Shown here piece after piece: positions 27,985 to 35,422 of a stretch of 35,608 nt of DNA. A program made the position numbers and the translations under genes. Within the stretch, counting starts at the first letter, position 1. Each line of letters opens with the position of its first letter. Under the pieces are notes generated by a model, which had not been told where the DNA came from, did no database searches, and worked only from the letters and a program-made list of their open reading frames with translations. The stretch spans positions 1 through 35,608 of the IMG/VR virus record IMGVR_UViG_3300037506_000165; one strand, 5' to 3'. This DNA comes from a virus (taxonomy: Duplodnaviria > Caudoviricetes).

Positions 27985-29100
27985 ATGCCGTCAAAAACCA
28001 TAGAAATCGCCTGCGACATCGCAAGAACGCCGCGAGTCCTGCAAATTGAAGGCATGTTTGACGTGCCGCCCAGCGCGAGGCAAGTGCTCCGCTGGGAAGT
28101 CGATCTGCCGATTGACAACGAGCCGTGGCACATTGGCCTTATCGTTGGACCATCAGGCTCCGGCAAAAGCACAGTCGCGCGGCAGCTATTCGGGCCTTAC
28201 TTGCGAGACGAGCAGAGCTACCAATGGTCAGACACCGAATCTATTGTGGACGGCTTCCCCGAGGATATGCCGACGCATGACCTGGTTGCATTGCTAAGCT
28301 CCATTGGATTCAGCAGCCCGCCAAGCTGGCTTCGGCCTTTCAATAAACTCAGCAAGGGCGAGCAATTCCGCGTGACGGTGGCGCGAATGCTCGCCGAGAA
28401 TCTGCCTCTTGTGGCGTGCGACGAGTTCACGAGCACCGTGGACCGCACGGTGGCGCAAATCTCCAGCGCGGCAATAGCCAAAACCATTCGGCGTCAAGGC
28501 AAGCGCCTGATCGCCATTACCTGCCACGAAGATATTGAAGAGTGGCTACAGCCAGACTGGATGTACAGGCCAAGCGCGAATCAGTTCGCAAGGAGGTCTC
28601 TTCGGCAAAGACCAGCCGTCGAGTTGGAAGTTCACCGCGTCACTGCTGAGGCATGGCCACTCTTTCGTCACCATCACTATCTAGACACCGAACTGCACCC
28701 CATGAGCCAATGCTACATGGCGACATGGAGAGGCAGGCCAGTAGCCTTCTCCTCGTGGCTGAGCTTGATGCTTCGCAGCCGACTGGGATCAGCAAGACGA
28801 GAGCACCGCACTGTCTGTTTGCCTGACTACCAGGGCATCGGCATCGGCAACGCGCTGTCCGACTTCTGCGCCAGCATCCACAAGGCTATGGGGCACAGAG
28901 CCACGTCTACAACATCACACCCAGCCATGATCGCATCCAGGATGCGGTCGCCAAACTGGAAGATGACACGGCCGCCCACGATCGGGCGAAGCTCCAAAAG
29001 CTCGCACTCAAAGCTCAAGCACTCAACCACGCGCATGACGGCCGGCTTCGAGTACGTCGGGCCGTCGGCCTCAACCGAACACGCAAGGGCTCTGTCATGA
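27985..29100 (+). CDS. ABC-type ATPase fused to GNAT acetyltransferase
   Basis: GPSGSGKS, LSKGE, DEFTSTVDR; FRHHHYL, RTVCLPDYQGIGIG. Confidence 0.88.
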   Translation: MPSKTIEIACDIARTPRVLQIEGMFDVPPSARQVLRWEVDLPIDNEPWHIGLIVGPSGSGKSTVARQLFGPYLRDEQSYQWSDTESIVDGFPEDMPTHDLVALLSSIGFSSPPSWLRPFNKLSKGEQFRVTVARMLAENLPLVACDEFTSTVDRTVAQISSAAIAKTIRRQGKRLIAITCHEDIEEWLQPDWMYRPSANQFARRSLRQRPAVELEVHRVTAEAWPLFRHHHYLDTELHPMSQCYMATWRGRPVAFSSWLSLMLRSRLGSARREHRTVCLPDYQGIGIGNALSDFCASIHKAMGHRATSTTSHPAMIASRMRSPNWKMTRPPTIGRSSKSSHSKLKHSTTRMTAGFEYVGPSASTEHARALS

Positions 29101-29573
29101 AGAAAGGCAAGTTCACTGCGGAGGTGCAGGACCGCATCATTGCCGCACTGCAAAGCGGAGCGTTTCTGCACGTTGCAGCCGAAGCAGCCGGAGTCCACCG
29201 TAGCACCATTTGGAACTGGATGAACAGCCCAGGGCGGCGCTACCGCGCCTTTCAGGCGCGAGTCCGTGAAGCCATTGCGCACGCCAGGCTGACAGCCGAA
29301 ATCACCGTATTCAAGGCTGACCCCAAGTTTTGGCTCCGATGCGGCCCAGGCAGGCAACGCTACGACGAGGATGGCCGGCTTGTCGAGGGCTGGACGGAAG
29401 CCGTCAACCCAGAGCAAAAAGAAACACAGCAGGTGAACATCCTGATGTCGCCAGAGTGGGAGGCGATCCGCCTGGCGCTGGAGACAGCACTACACGACAA
29501 CCCAGAAGCATTACAAAAGGTCACGCAAGCCTTGCTGGCCGTCAAGCACCCACCCAAAGCCATCACGGAGTAA
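29097..29573 (+). CDS. HTH protein, terminase small subunit-like
   Basis: FTAEVQDRIIAALQSG...AAEAAGVHRSTIWNWM followed by helical region. Confidence 0.6.
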   Translation: MKKGKFTAEVQDRIIAALQSGAFLHVAAEAAGVHRSTIWNWMNSPGRRYRAFQARVREAIAHARLTAEITVFKADPKFWLRCGPGRQRYDEDGRLVEGWTEAVNPEQKETQQVNILMSPEWEAIRLALETALHDNPEALQKVTQALLAVKHPPKAITE

Positions 29574-29575
29574 CC

Positions 29576-29734
29576 ATGCGGCATTCCAAAGGCAAACGAG
29601 TAGGCTACATCAGACCAACCAAGAGCGCCGGCTTCAAGAAGCGCACGAAGCGGCGCGTGCCAAGCTACACTGACAGCCAGGACCCGCCTCCAAGCAGCAA
29701 TCCAAGCTTACCCCTGAAGCTTAGTGGACGATAG
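29576..29734 (+). CDS. small basic peptide
   Basis: GGAG RBS; MRHSKGKRVGYIRPTKSAGFKKRTKRR. Confidence 0.35.
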   Translation: MRHSKGKRVGYIRPTKSAGFKKRTKRRVPSYTDSQDPPPSSNPSLPLKLSGR

Positions 29735-30039
29735 CGTAGAATCCAACACACGTCGTCGATCAGCTTTGCAAGGCACCAATTCGCGTGACAGGGCCTACTA
29801 TCTATAGGTACCTCGATAGGAACAGTTTCTGAACACCTTTCCTTTGTTCGGGAATTTGCGATATGGTATATAGTCCATCTCACTGTGCGATGGATCGTGT
29901 TGCAGTCGGATGATGCGCTCACCTTCCGCCATTCACGGCGATATGTGCGGTGATCGGCACGGCGGTTGTGCCGGTTAATGCGCCACCGGTCGGCCGTGTT
30001 ATCGCCCCAGTAAGGCGTCAGGCTGGCCCGCCAAGGCAC
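29665..30039 (-). CDS. possible minus-strand hypothetical protein
   Basis: open frame from a GTG; local strand composition appears reversed relative to + genes; no motif. Confidence 0.25.
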   Translation of the reverse strand: MPWRASLTPYWGDNTADRWRINRHNRRADHRTYRREWRKVSASSDCNTIHRTVRWTIYHIANSRTKERCSETVPIEVPIDSRPCHANWCLAKLIDDVCWILRYRPLSFRGKLGLLLGGGSWLSV

Positions 30040-30120
30040 GATCTCGCCCAAGGGTGACCAACGAGGCCATAATGCGGTTGTGCGGTCCTTGGCGCTGGCT
30101 TGGCGCAGTTGTGCGGCTAT

Positions 30121-30650
30121 TGGCGCTCGGCCCCCCTGTCGGGGGGGGTAAAGAAAAAGAAACCACCACAACCCGACAGCAGCGTGTGGGGTTCTGGCGC
30201 TCAGCCCCAAACCTGCGGTTTGGGGAAAAGAAAGGCCCACGACCGACTGGCCTGCGCTGCGCTGCGGCCGGCCTGGACACACATGTGCGGTGTCTAGCGC
30301 TCGGCCCCCAACCTGCGGTTGGGGGAAAGAGAAACCACAACACCCATCATCCATCCAGCGCATGCGCGGTGCGTAGCGCTGTGGCGCAAATGGGCTGCTA
30401 TTGGCGCTCGGACCCACACCTGCGGTGTGGGGAAGAAGAAAAACCAACGCCCGACTGGCCTGCGCTGCGCTGCGGCCGGCCCGTGCTGCGGTTGTGCGGT
30501 TCTAGCGCCTCAGGCCCGCCCCTCGCCTCCGCCCTGAAGGGCGGAGGACTCGCGGGCGGGTTGCTGCCCTGTCCTAGCGCTCAGTCAGTGCGCCGCGCCC
30601 CGAATTACCGGCCCCTCGCCTCCGCCCTGGCGGGCGGAGGGCTCGGGGCC
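30121..30650. repeat. array of T(A/G)GCGCTC(A/G)G + hairpin + A-rich tract units
   Basis: motif at 30121, 30195, 30295, 30402, 30503 (variant), 30575; 31-nt exact repeat at 30243 and 30451. Confidence 0.85.
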
Positions 30651-31087
30651 GGCGCATCCATGCCCAGCTTGACAGTGCACCCCCTCGCTGCGGGCGTCCA
30701 TGCCCTGCGCTCGGGGGATATAGGCCCGTCCCTGACAATACACCCCGGCGCACGTGTACGGCAACTGACGCGCTGATACCCCCCTTCGGGGGGCTACTTG
30801 CGGTCCCCTCGTGATACTGCAATGACCCTGTCTTTTGAAACGTCACACGCCCCGCTCGCCCCGCCCCTCCGCCCTAGCCCCCAGACGCCCTTACTGCCTG
30901 GCACTAACGCTTAGAACGTCGCGCCCTGGGCGATTGGGGGCGGGCTGCGGGGACGGGGCTTCGCGGGCGGCGGCCGAGGCCGTGAAGGACCAAGGCGCAT
31001 GATTGCGTGGCTACTAAATGGTGGCGCAAAATTGCGAAATGTGAAAATGGCAAATGGGGCAATGGGCGACTGGGGGCGACAGGAGGG

Positions 31088-31558
31088 CTAGGCGTCACAG
31101 GGGCGTGCACCCCGCCGCGACGGAAGAGCGCCCAAAAGTCCGCGAAGGCAGCAGGCACCCACTCGCGCCAAGCCCCGAGCCGAGTGAGCCAGCCGGCATC
31201 GAAAGGCCGAGCACGGGCAAGCGGACCTCAAACGCGCCAGGACGGCAGGTCAGGACGGAGCGGACGAGCGACAGGCCCCCAGAAGAAGCTCACCATGCCA
31301 CAGCGCCAGGCCGAGACGCAGCCAGCACGCACCTCAGGCCGGAGTCCGAGCACAGATCAGCACGGGCTTACACGAGGCAGCCCAGAACAGGTACGCGCAC
31401 TCGCCAGCCTCACGAGCGAACATCGGCACACCCCTGGCGCAACCGGCACAGACACGCCGGCAGCCCCATACCCAGGAGCCGGCAGGCACGCGCGAGCCAG
31501 CGGAGCGAATGGGGACCGAGGCAGGACACACGAGCCGACCAGCGACGACAGGAGCCAT
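31088..31558 (-). pseudogene. frameshifted mirror copy of the SLOG-like gene
   Basis: same GGAGGTGTGTTATG start and GACGCCTAG end as 31992-32444; the ATG frame stops at 31334. Confidence 0.75.
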
Positions 31559-31611
31559 AACACACCTCCACAAGAAAACACAGGCCCAAAACACACACGC
31601 CCCCACGCACC

Positions 31612-31617
31612 ATTATA
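31612..31617 (-). promoter_or_regulatory. TATAAT -10 box present only in the degenerate arm
   Basis: + strand ATTATA; matching position of the intact arm (31938-31943) reads TGTGCG; no good -35. Confidence 0.5.
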
Positions 31618-31991
31618 CCGGCCCGCAATGGTGCTTCCGGATTTCGCGGCTCCAATAGCACATGTAAGCCCGGCCCCAGCAGCGGCATGAGCGGTCGTGG
31701 CCCAGCCCCTCGACGCCGGCCCAGCCCAAGCCACTAGCGCTCAGTCGGGCCTGGGCGGGGATGAGAAAAAATAACAAAAATAAAACCCCGCCCAGGCCCT
31801 TTGTCACCAACGCTGCGGGGCTGGGCCGGCGTCGGGGCTGGGCAACAACAGAATCCCATGGGCGCTCATGCCGCTGCTGGGGCCGGGCTTACAGGGTCCA
31901 GTGGCCGCGAAATCCGTGCTCCACCATTGCGGGCCGGTGTGCGTGGGTCGTGGCGTGTGTGTTTTGGGCCTGTTTTCTTGGGAGGTGTGTT

Positions 31992-32444
31992 ATGGCTCTC
32001 GTCGCTGTGGTCGGCTCGCGTGCCCTGCCTCGGTCCTTCGCTCCGGCTGTCTCGCGGGCCTGCCGGCTCCTGGATGGGGCTGGCCGTCGTGTCTGTACCG
32101 GTTGCGCCAAGGGTGCCGATGCGTTCGCTCGTGAGGCCGGCGTGCGCGTGGACCTGTTCTCGGCTGCCTCGCGTAAGCCCGCTGATCTCCGTGCTCGGAC
32201 TGCCGGCCTGGTGCGTGCGGTGGCTGCGTCCGGGCCTGGCGCTGGCGTGGTGTGCTTCTTCTGGGGGCCTCGCTCGCCTGGCTCCGTCCTGACCTGCCGC
32301 CTGGCGCTTGAGGCCGGCTTGCCCGTGCTCGGCTTCGATGCGAACGGCTGGCTCCCTCGGCTCGGCGATGGCGAGTGGGTGCCCGCTGCCTCCGCTGGCT
32401 TCTGGTCGCTCTTCCGTCGCTGGGTGCCCGCCCCTGACGCCTAG
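31992..32444 (+). CDS. adenine-minimised SLOG/DprA-like Rossmann-fold protein
   Basis: GGAGG RBS; VAVVGSR, TGCAKGAD, LRART, SPGS...A...GLPV match SLOG motifs and the gene at 34375. Confidence 0.8.
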   Translation: MALVAVVGSRALPRSFAPAVSRACRLLDGAGRRVCTGCAKGADAFAREAGVRVDLFSAASRKPADLRARTAGLVRAVAASGPGAGVVCFFWGPRSPGSVLTCRLALEAGLPVLGFDANGWLPRLGDGEWVPAASAGFWSLFRRWVPAPDA

Positions 32445-32517
32445 CCCTCCTGTCGCCCATTCGCCCATCGCCCATTCGCCCTTTTCACTATTTCACACTC
32501 TTGCACAGGAGCTTGTT

Positions 32518-32769
32518 ATGAAACTCGTGGCGCACTGCAAGAAAGAGCGATATGACGTGTATATTGGACACCCCAGCATTTGGGGCAACCCGTTTATTAT
32601 TGGCAGGGACGGCACAAGAGAAGAGGTAATCGCGAAATATAGGGCATGGATCATGCAGCAGCCAGAACTATTGAAGCGAGTCAAAGAGCTGAAAGGCAAG
32701 GTGCTGGGATGTTGGTGCGCGCCACAGGCGTGCCATGGAGATGTATTAGTGGAGTTAGCGAATGAATGA
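32518..32769 (+). CDS. DUF4326 domain protein
   Basis: CAGGAG RBS; DVYIG.PSIWGNPF...REEVIAKY...LKGKVLGCWCAPQACHGDVL. Confidence 0.9.
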   Translation: MKLVAHCKKERYDVYIGHPSIWGNPFIIGRDGTREEVIAKYRAWIMQQPELLKRVKELKGKVLGCWCAPQACHGDVLVELANE

Positions 32770-32772
32770 TAA

Positions 32773-32840
32773 GCGCAATTTCGGCCCAAATCAATGAGGG
32801 CCGAAATTGCTTAGGTTTTGAATGAAAGGAGTGAAAGATG
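32773..32840 (+). repeat. hairpin + RBS cassette leader, copy 1
   Basis: GCAATTTCGGCCC-N10-GGGCCGAAATTGC-TTAGGTTTT..ATGAAAGGAGTGAA..ATG. Confidence 0.85.
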
Positions 32841-33197
32841 AACGTATTTGTGTTTGGATCGAACACTGAAGGTAGGCATGGCAAAGGTGCAGCGCTTGAA
32901 GCAAGAATGAAACACGGAGCCATCTACGGCCAAGCAGAAGGACGACAAGGCGATAGCTACGCAATCCCCACAAAGGAGCTGCGCAGCTGGATGCCGCCCG
33001 TTACACTGCAAGACATCGATCGCGCCGTTCAGAAGTTCCTCCTCTATGCTAAACAACACCCAAGCACCGAATTCATCCTAACGCCCATAGGCTGCGGCCT
33101 TGCAGGATTCAAGCCCGAACAAATTGCTCCAATGTTTCACGATGCCCCACCCAACGTCAAGCTGCCCAATGAATTCCTGAAGATACTCAGTAAGTAG
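32838..33197 (+). CDS. macro-domain-like phage protein (A1S_2505-like)
   Basis: VFVFGSNTEGRHGKGAA...SYAIPTK...TPIGCGLAG. Confidence 0.85.
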   Translation: MNVFVFGSNTEGRHGKGAALEARMKHGAIYGQAEGRQGDSYAIPTKELRSWMPPVTLQDIDRAVQKFLLYAKQHPSTEFILTPIGCGLAGFKPEQIAPMFHDAPPNVKLPNEFLKILSK

Positions 33198-33198
33198 G

Positions 33199-33266
33199 GC
33201 GCGATTTCGGCCCAGAAAAATGAGGGCCGAAATCGCTTAGGTTTTAAATGAAAGGAGTGAACAATG
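33199..33266 (+). repeat. hairpin + RBS cassette leader, copy 2
   Basis: GCGATTTCGGCCC-N10-GGGCCGAAATCGC-TTAGGTTTT..ATGAAAGGAGTGAA..ATG. Confidence 0.85.
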
Positions 33267-33446
33267 AACAAGTTTAGAACGTCTAGAACAGCCTTGATGG
33301 AAGTAAATGAAGAAACGTGGAACAGACTGATGAATAGAAACAGCGGGCTAGGAGAGCCAGCACACGCTCTAGTGTGGCAAGACGAAGAATTTGACTATCG
33401 CGACAAAGAGTTGCCGCGATTTGACAACAAGAGGAGTGCACGATGA
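33264..33446 (+). CDS. small hypothetical protein
   Basis: AAAGGAG RBS from the repeated leader; ATGA overlap. Confidence 0.55.
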   Translation: MNKFRTSRTALMEVNEETWNRLMNRNSGLGEPAHALVWQDEEFDYRDKELPRFDNKRSAR

Positions 33447-33688
33447 ATCCAACTGTGAAGCCGATCAGCATTCAGCTAATCCCAGGACTGCAAGTCATCC
33501 CGTGGACAGGCGTCGCGTGGGCTGGACCGCTGCAACTGGTCCAAGACCTGGGACAAAACTACTGGCTCGTCCAATACTGCTCCACTGGACGCAAAGCCAA
33601 GCTGCGCATACAACCAGGATCACTCATAGCTACCACACAAGGCTACAGGCCCTGGATGTGGCACGCAATTGCCATCCACGGCGCTTGA
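33443..33688 (+). CDS. hypothetical protein
   Basis: GAGGAG RBS. Confidence 0.55.
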   Translation: MNPTVKPISIQLIPGLQVIPWTGVAWAGPLQLVQDLGQNYWLVQYCSTGRKAKLRIQPGSLIATTQGYRPWMWHAIAIHGA

Positions 33689-33764
33689 ATAGATGCTTTT
33701 GAATGTGAACAATCGATGCAGAAAGTGTATGCATCGAGTCATCTTTTCCAGAAGGGAGTGTACC

Positions 33765-34307
33765 ATGTCTGCTGAACCATTCACCGCGCAAGACGAAGCC
33801 GAAGCTGCCCCGCTGTACCCAACGGGCACCTACAAGGCCGTCGTCCTGGAACACGGCTTCTCGCGAGCCGACAGAGGTAACGGCACGCCGCAGCTTTACA
33901 TCATCGTGCAGCTGCAAAGCAAGGTCATCAATGGCGACACTCAGCCCGTGGACGCCGTCAACAAAACCATCTACAAGCCCATCACCAAGCAAACCGCCAC
34001 TTACCTACTCAGCGACCTCAACCGCCTCTTTGCTTTCCCACACCGCCAGTTCGGCCCACTCTTGACCTTCGAGCTAGCAGGCAAGCCGCTCACCGTCTAC
34101 TGCAAACACACGGACCGCATGCGCCGAGACCAAAATGGCGAATACACCATCGTCGTCGGCAAGCGCGAAGAATGGAACTGGTCCATCCCTGGCCCAGTCT
34201 CAATAGCCGCGCACGAAGTCCAGGCGCTAGACGCTGAGCTTGGCCTGGCCCCAGCCGAGCCCAAGAAGCCGACTAAGCGCGCCAAAGCAATGGCTGCTGA
34301 CTTGTAG
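33765..34307 (+). CDS. second SSB-like (DUF669-like) protein, paralog of 9815-10309
   Basis: YPTGTYKAVV, TIYKPITKQT, DLNRLF, REEWNW align with the first copy; GGGAG RBS. Confidence 0.7.
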   Translation: MSAEPFTAQDEAEAAPLYPTGTYKAVVLEHGFSRADRGNGTPQLYIIVQLQSKVINGDTQPVDAVNKTIYKPITKQTATYLLSDLNRLFAFPHRQFGPLLTFELAGKPLTVYCKHTDRMRRDQNGEYTIVVGKREEWNWSIPGPVSIAAHEVQALDAELGLAPAEPKKPTKRAKAMAADL

Positions 34308-34320
34308 TCCTTTCTGATCT

Positions 34321-34355
34321 GCGGCGCGTCGCTGTTTCCGGCAGCGACGCACCGC
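34321..34355 (+). terminator. stem-loop
   Basis: GCGGcGCGTCGCTG...CAGCGACGCaCCGC. Confidence 0.45.
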
Positions 34356-34374
34356 AACAATGGAGGTGTGTGTA

Positions 34375-35358
34375 ATGAAAACAACAGTGCTATTCACCGA
34401 GCAAAGTGCCCACATATTCACCTGTCGCACCTGCCTCAAGCGCCGCAAAAAGGCACAACGGCGCAAGACGCAGTATCCTATCAAGCCAACCAAGCTCGCC
34501 GTTGTCGGCTCCAGGGCCTACCCGAACTTGGAACTTGTCGAGGAGTTTATCGCTTCTCTGCCGCCCCACATTGACACCATCGTATCGGGCGGGGCCGCAG
34601 GAGTAGACACTACCGCTGAGATCGCCGCCAGGGCTCGCGGATTGAACGTCATCACCATTCGCCCAAACTGGAAAGCATTCGGACGGTACGCCGGCTTCGC
34701 ACGCAACGCGCTAATCGTCAAAGAAGCCCACAAGGTCATCGCATTCTGGGACACCGAAAGCAAAGGCACGCTCCACACGATCCACCTCGCACAAAAGGTC
34801 AACAAGCTACACCGCGTCATCGGGCCCGACGGCGAGACTGTCACCGAAATACCCAAAGAAGCCCTTTCAGAACAAGAAAAACAACAGGTCAGCCGCATAA
34901 CCCACGCCAGTCTGGCAAAAATGACCATGCTCTTCGGCGAATTCCAAGGACTGCCTTTTGACCAGGTGCCGCTTACCTACCTGGACTGGCTGTGCAACCA
35001 AGAATGGTTCACCGGCAAAGCTCGCATCTACACCGAAATGTACCTCTCGCATCCCACCATCCAGCGCGAGTTGGAGCAAGAACGCATCGAAGCTGCACAA
35101 AACAAGGGCTGGGTCAAACACCGCTTCGGGTTCCACTACGTATCAAACTGGACCGAGATAGCCGAAGATGAGGGCTGGCAAGCCTTCACAAGTCAACCAC
35201 CGCCAGCCAGGCAGACAAACCCACACCCAGACCCAGACTGGAAAGAACTGCGATACCTCAACCCGGCCGAACGCGACGCTTCAAGGCAAGCAGTAACCGT
35301 CTACCTGGCACTGATCGCCAAGCAAGACGTCCAAAACCACGTGGGCGCCTACATCTGA
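34375..35358 (+). CDS. SLOG family (YspA/DUF2493-like) protein with DUF3820-like domain
   Basis: LAVVGSR, IVSGGAAGVD, RNALIV, AFWDTESKGT; later MLFGEFQG...VPLTYLDWL. Confidence 0.85.
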   Translation: MKTTVLFTEQSAHIFTCRTCLKRRKKAQRRKTQYPIKPTKLAVVGSRAYPNLELVEEFIASLPPHIDTIVSGGAAGVDTTAEIAARARGLNVITIRPNWKAFGRYAGFARNALIVKEAHKVIAFWDTESKGTLHTIHLAQKVNKLHRVIGPDGETVTEIPKEALSEQEKQQVSRITHASLAKMTMLFGEFQGLPFDQVPLTYLDWLCNQEWFTGKARIYTEMYLSHPTIQRELEQERIEAAQNKGWVKHRFGFHYVSNWTEIAEDEGWQAFTSQPPPARQTNPHPDPDWKELRYLNPAERDASRQAVTVYLALIAKQDVQNHVGAYI

Positions 35359-35373
35359 CACACCCCCTGGAAA

Positions 35374-35408
35374 GGGCGGCTGGCAAGCCTTGTGCTTGTC
35401 AGCCGCCC
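35374..35408 (+). terminator. stem-loop
   Basis: GGGCGGCTGGCAAGC...GCTTGTCAGCCGCCC. Confidence 0.45.
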
Positions 35409-35422
35409 AATAGGATGCAATT

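Larger units (their letters stand above)
31036..32494. repeat. ~1.45 kb imperfect inverted repeat (fold-back), apex loop 31761-31785
   Basis: arms align by eye from the inner stem GGGCCTGGGCGGGG/CCCCGCCCAGGCCC out to GTGAAAA/TTTTCAC, with many small indels. Confidence 0.92.

Noticed and set aside
30121-30650. CRISPR array
   Set aside because: Repeats are degenerate, spacing is irregular, intervening sequences are themselves repeated, and there is no cas operon; the Cas4-like gene belongs to a recombination module.
30054-31734. Long ORFs 30054-30776, 31007-31690, 31054-31560 and the minus ORFs over the repeats
   Set aside because: Low-complexity R/G/P/A translations arising from GC-rich, T-poor repeat DNA; no RBS or motifs.
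31036-32494. Diversity-generating retroelement TR/VR pair
   Set aside because: Copies are inverted and differ by indels rather than A-specific substitutions; no reverse transcriptase is present.
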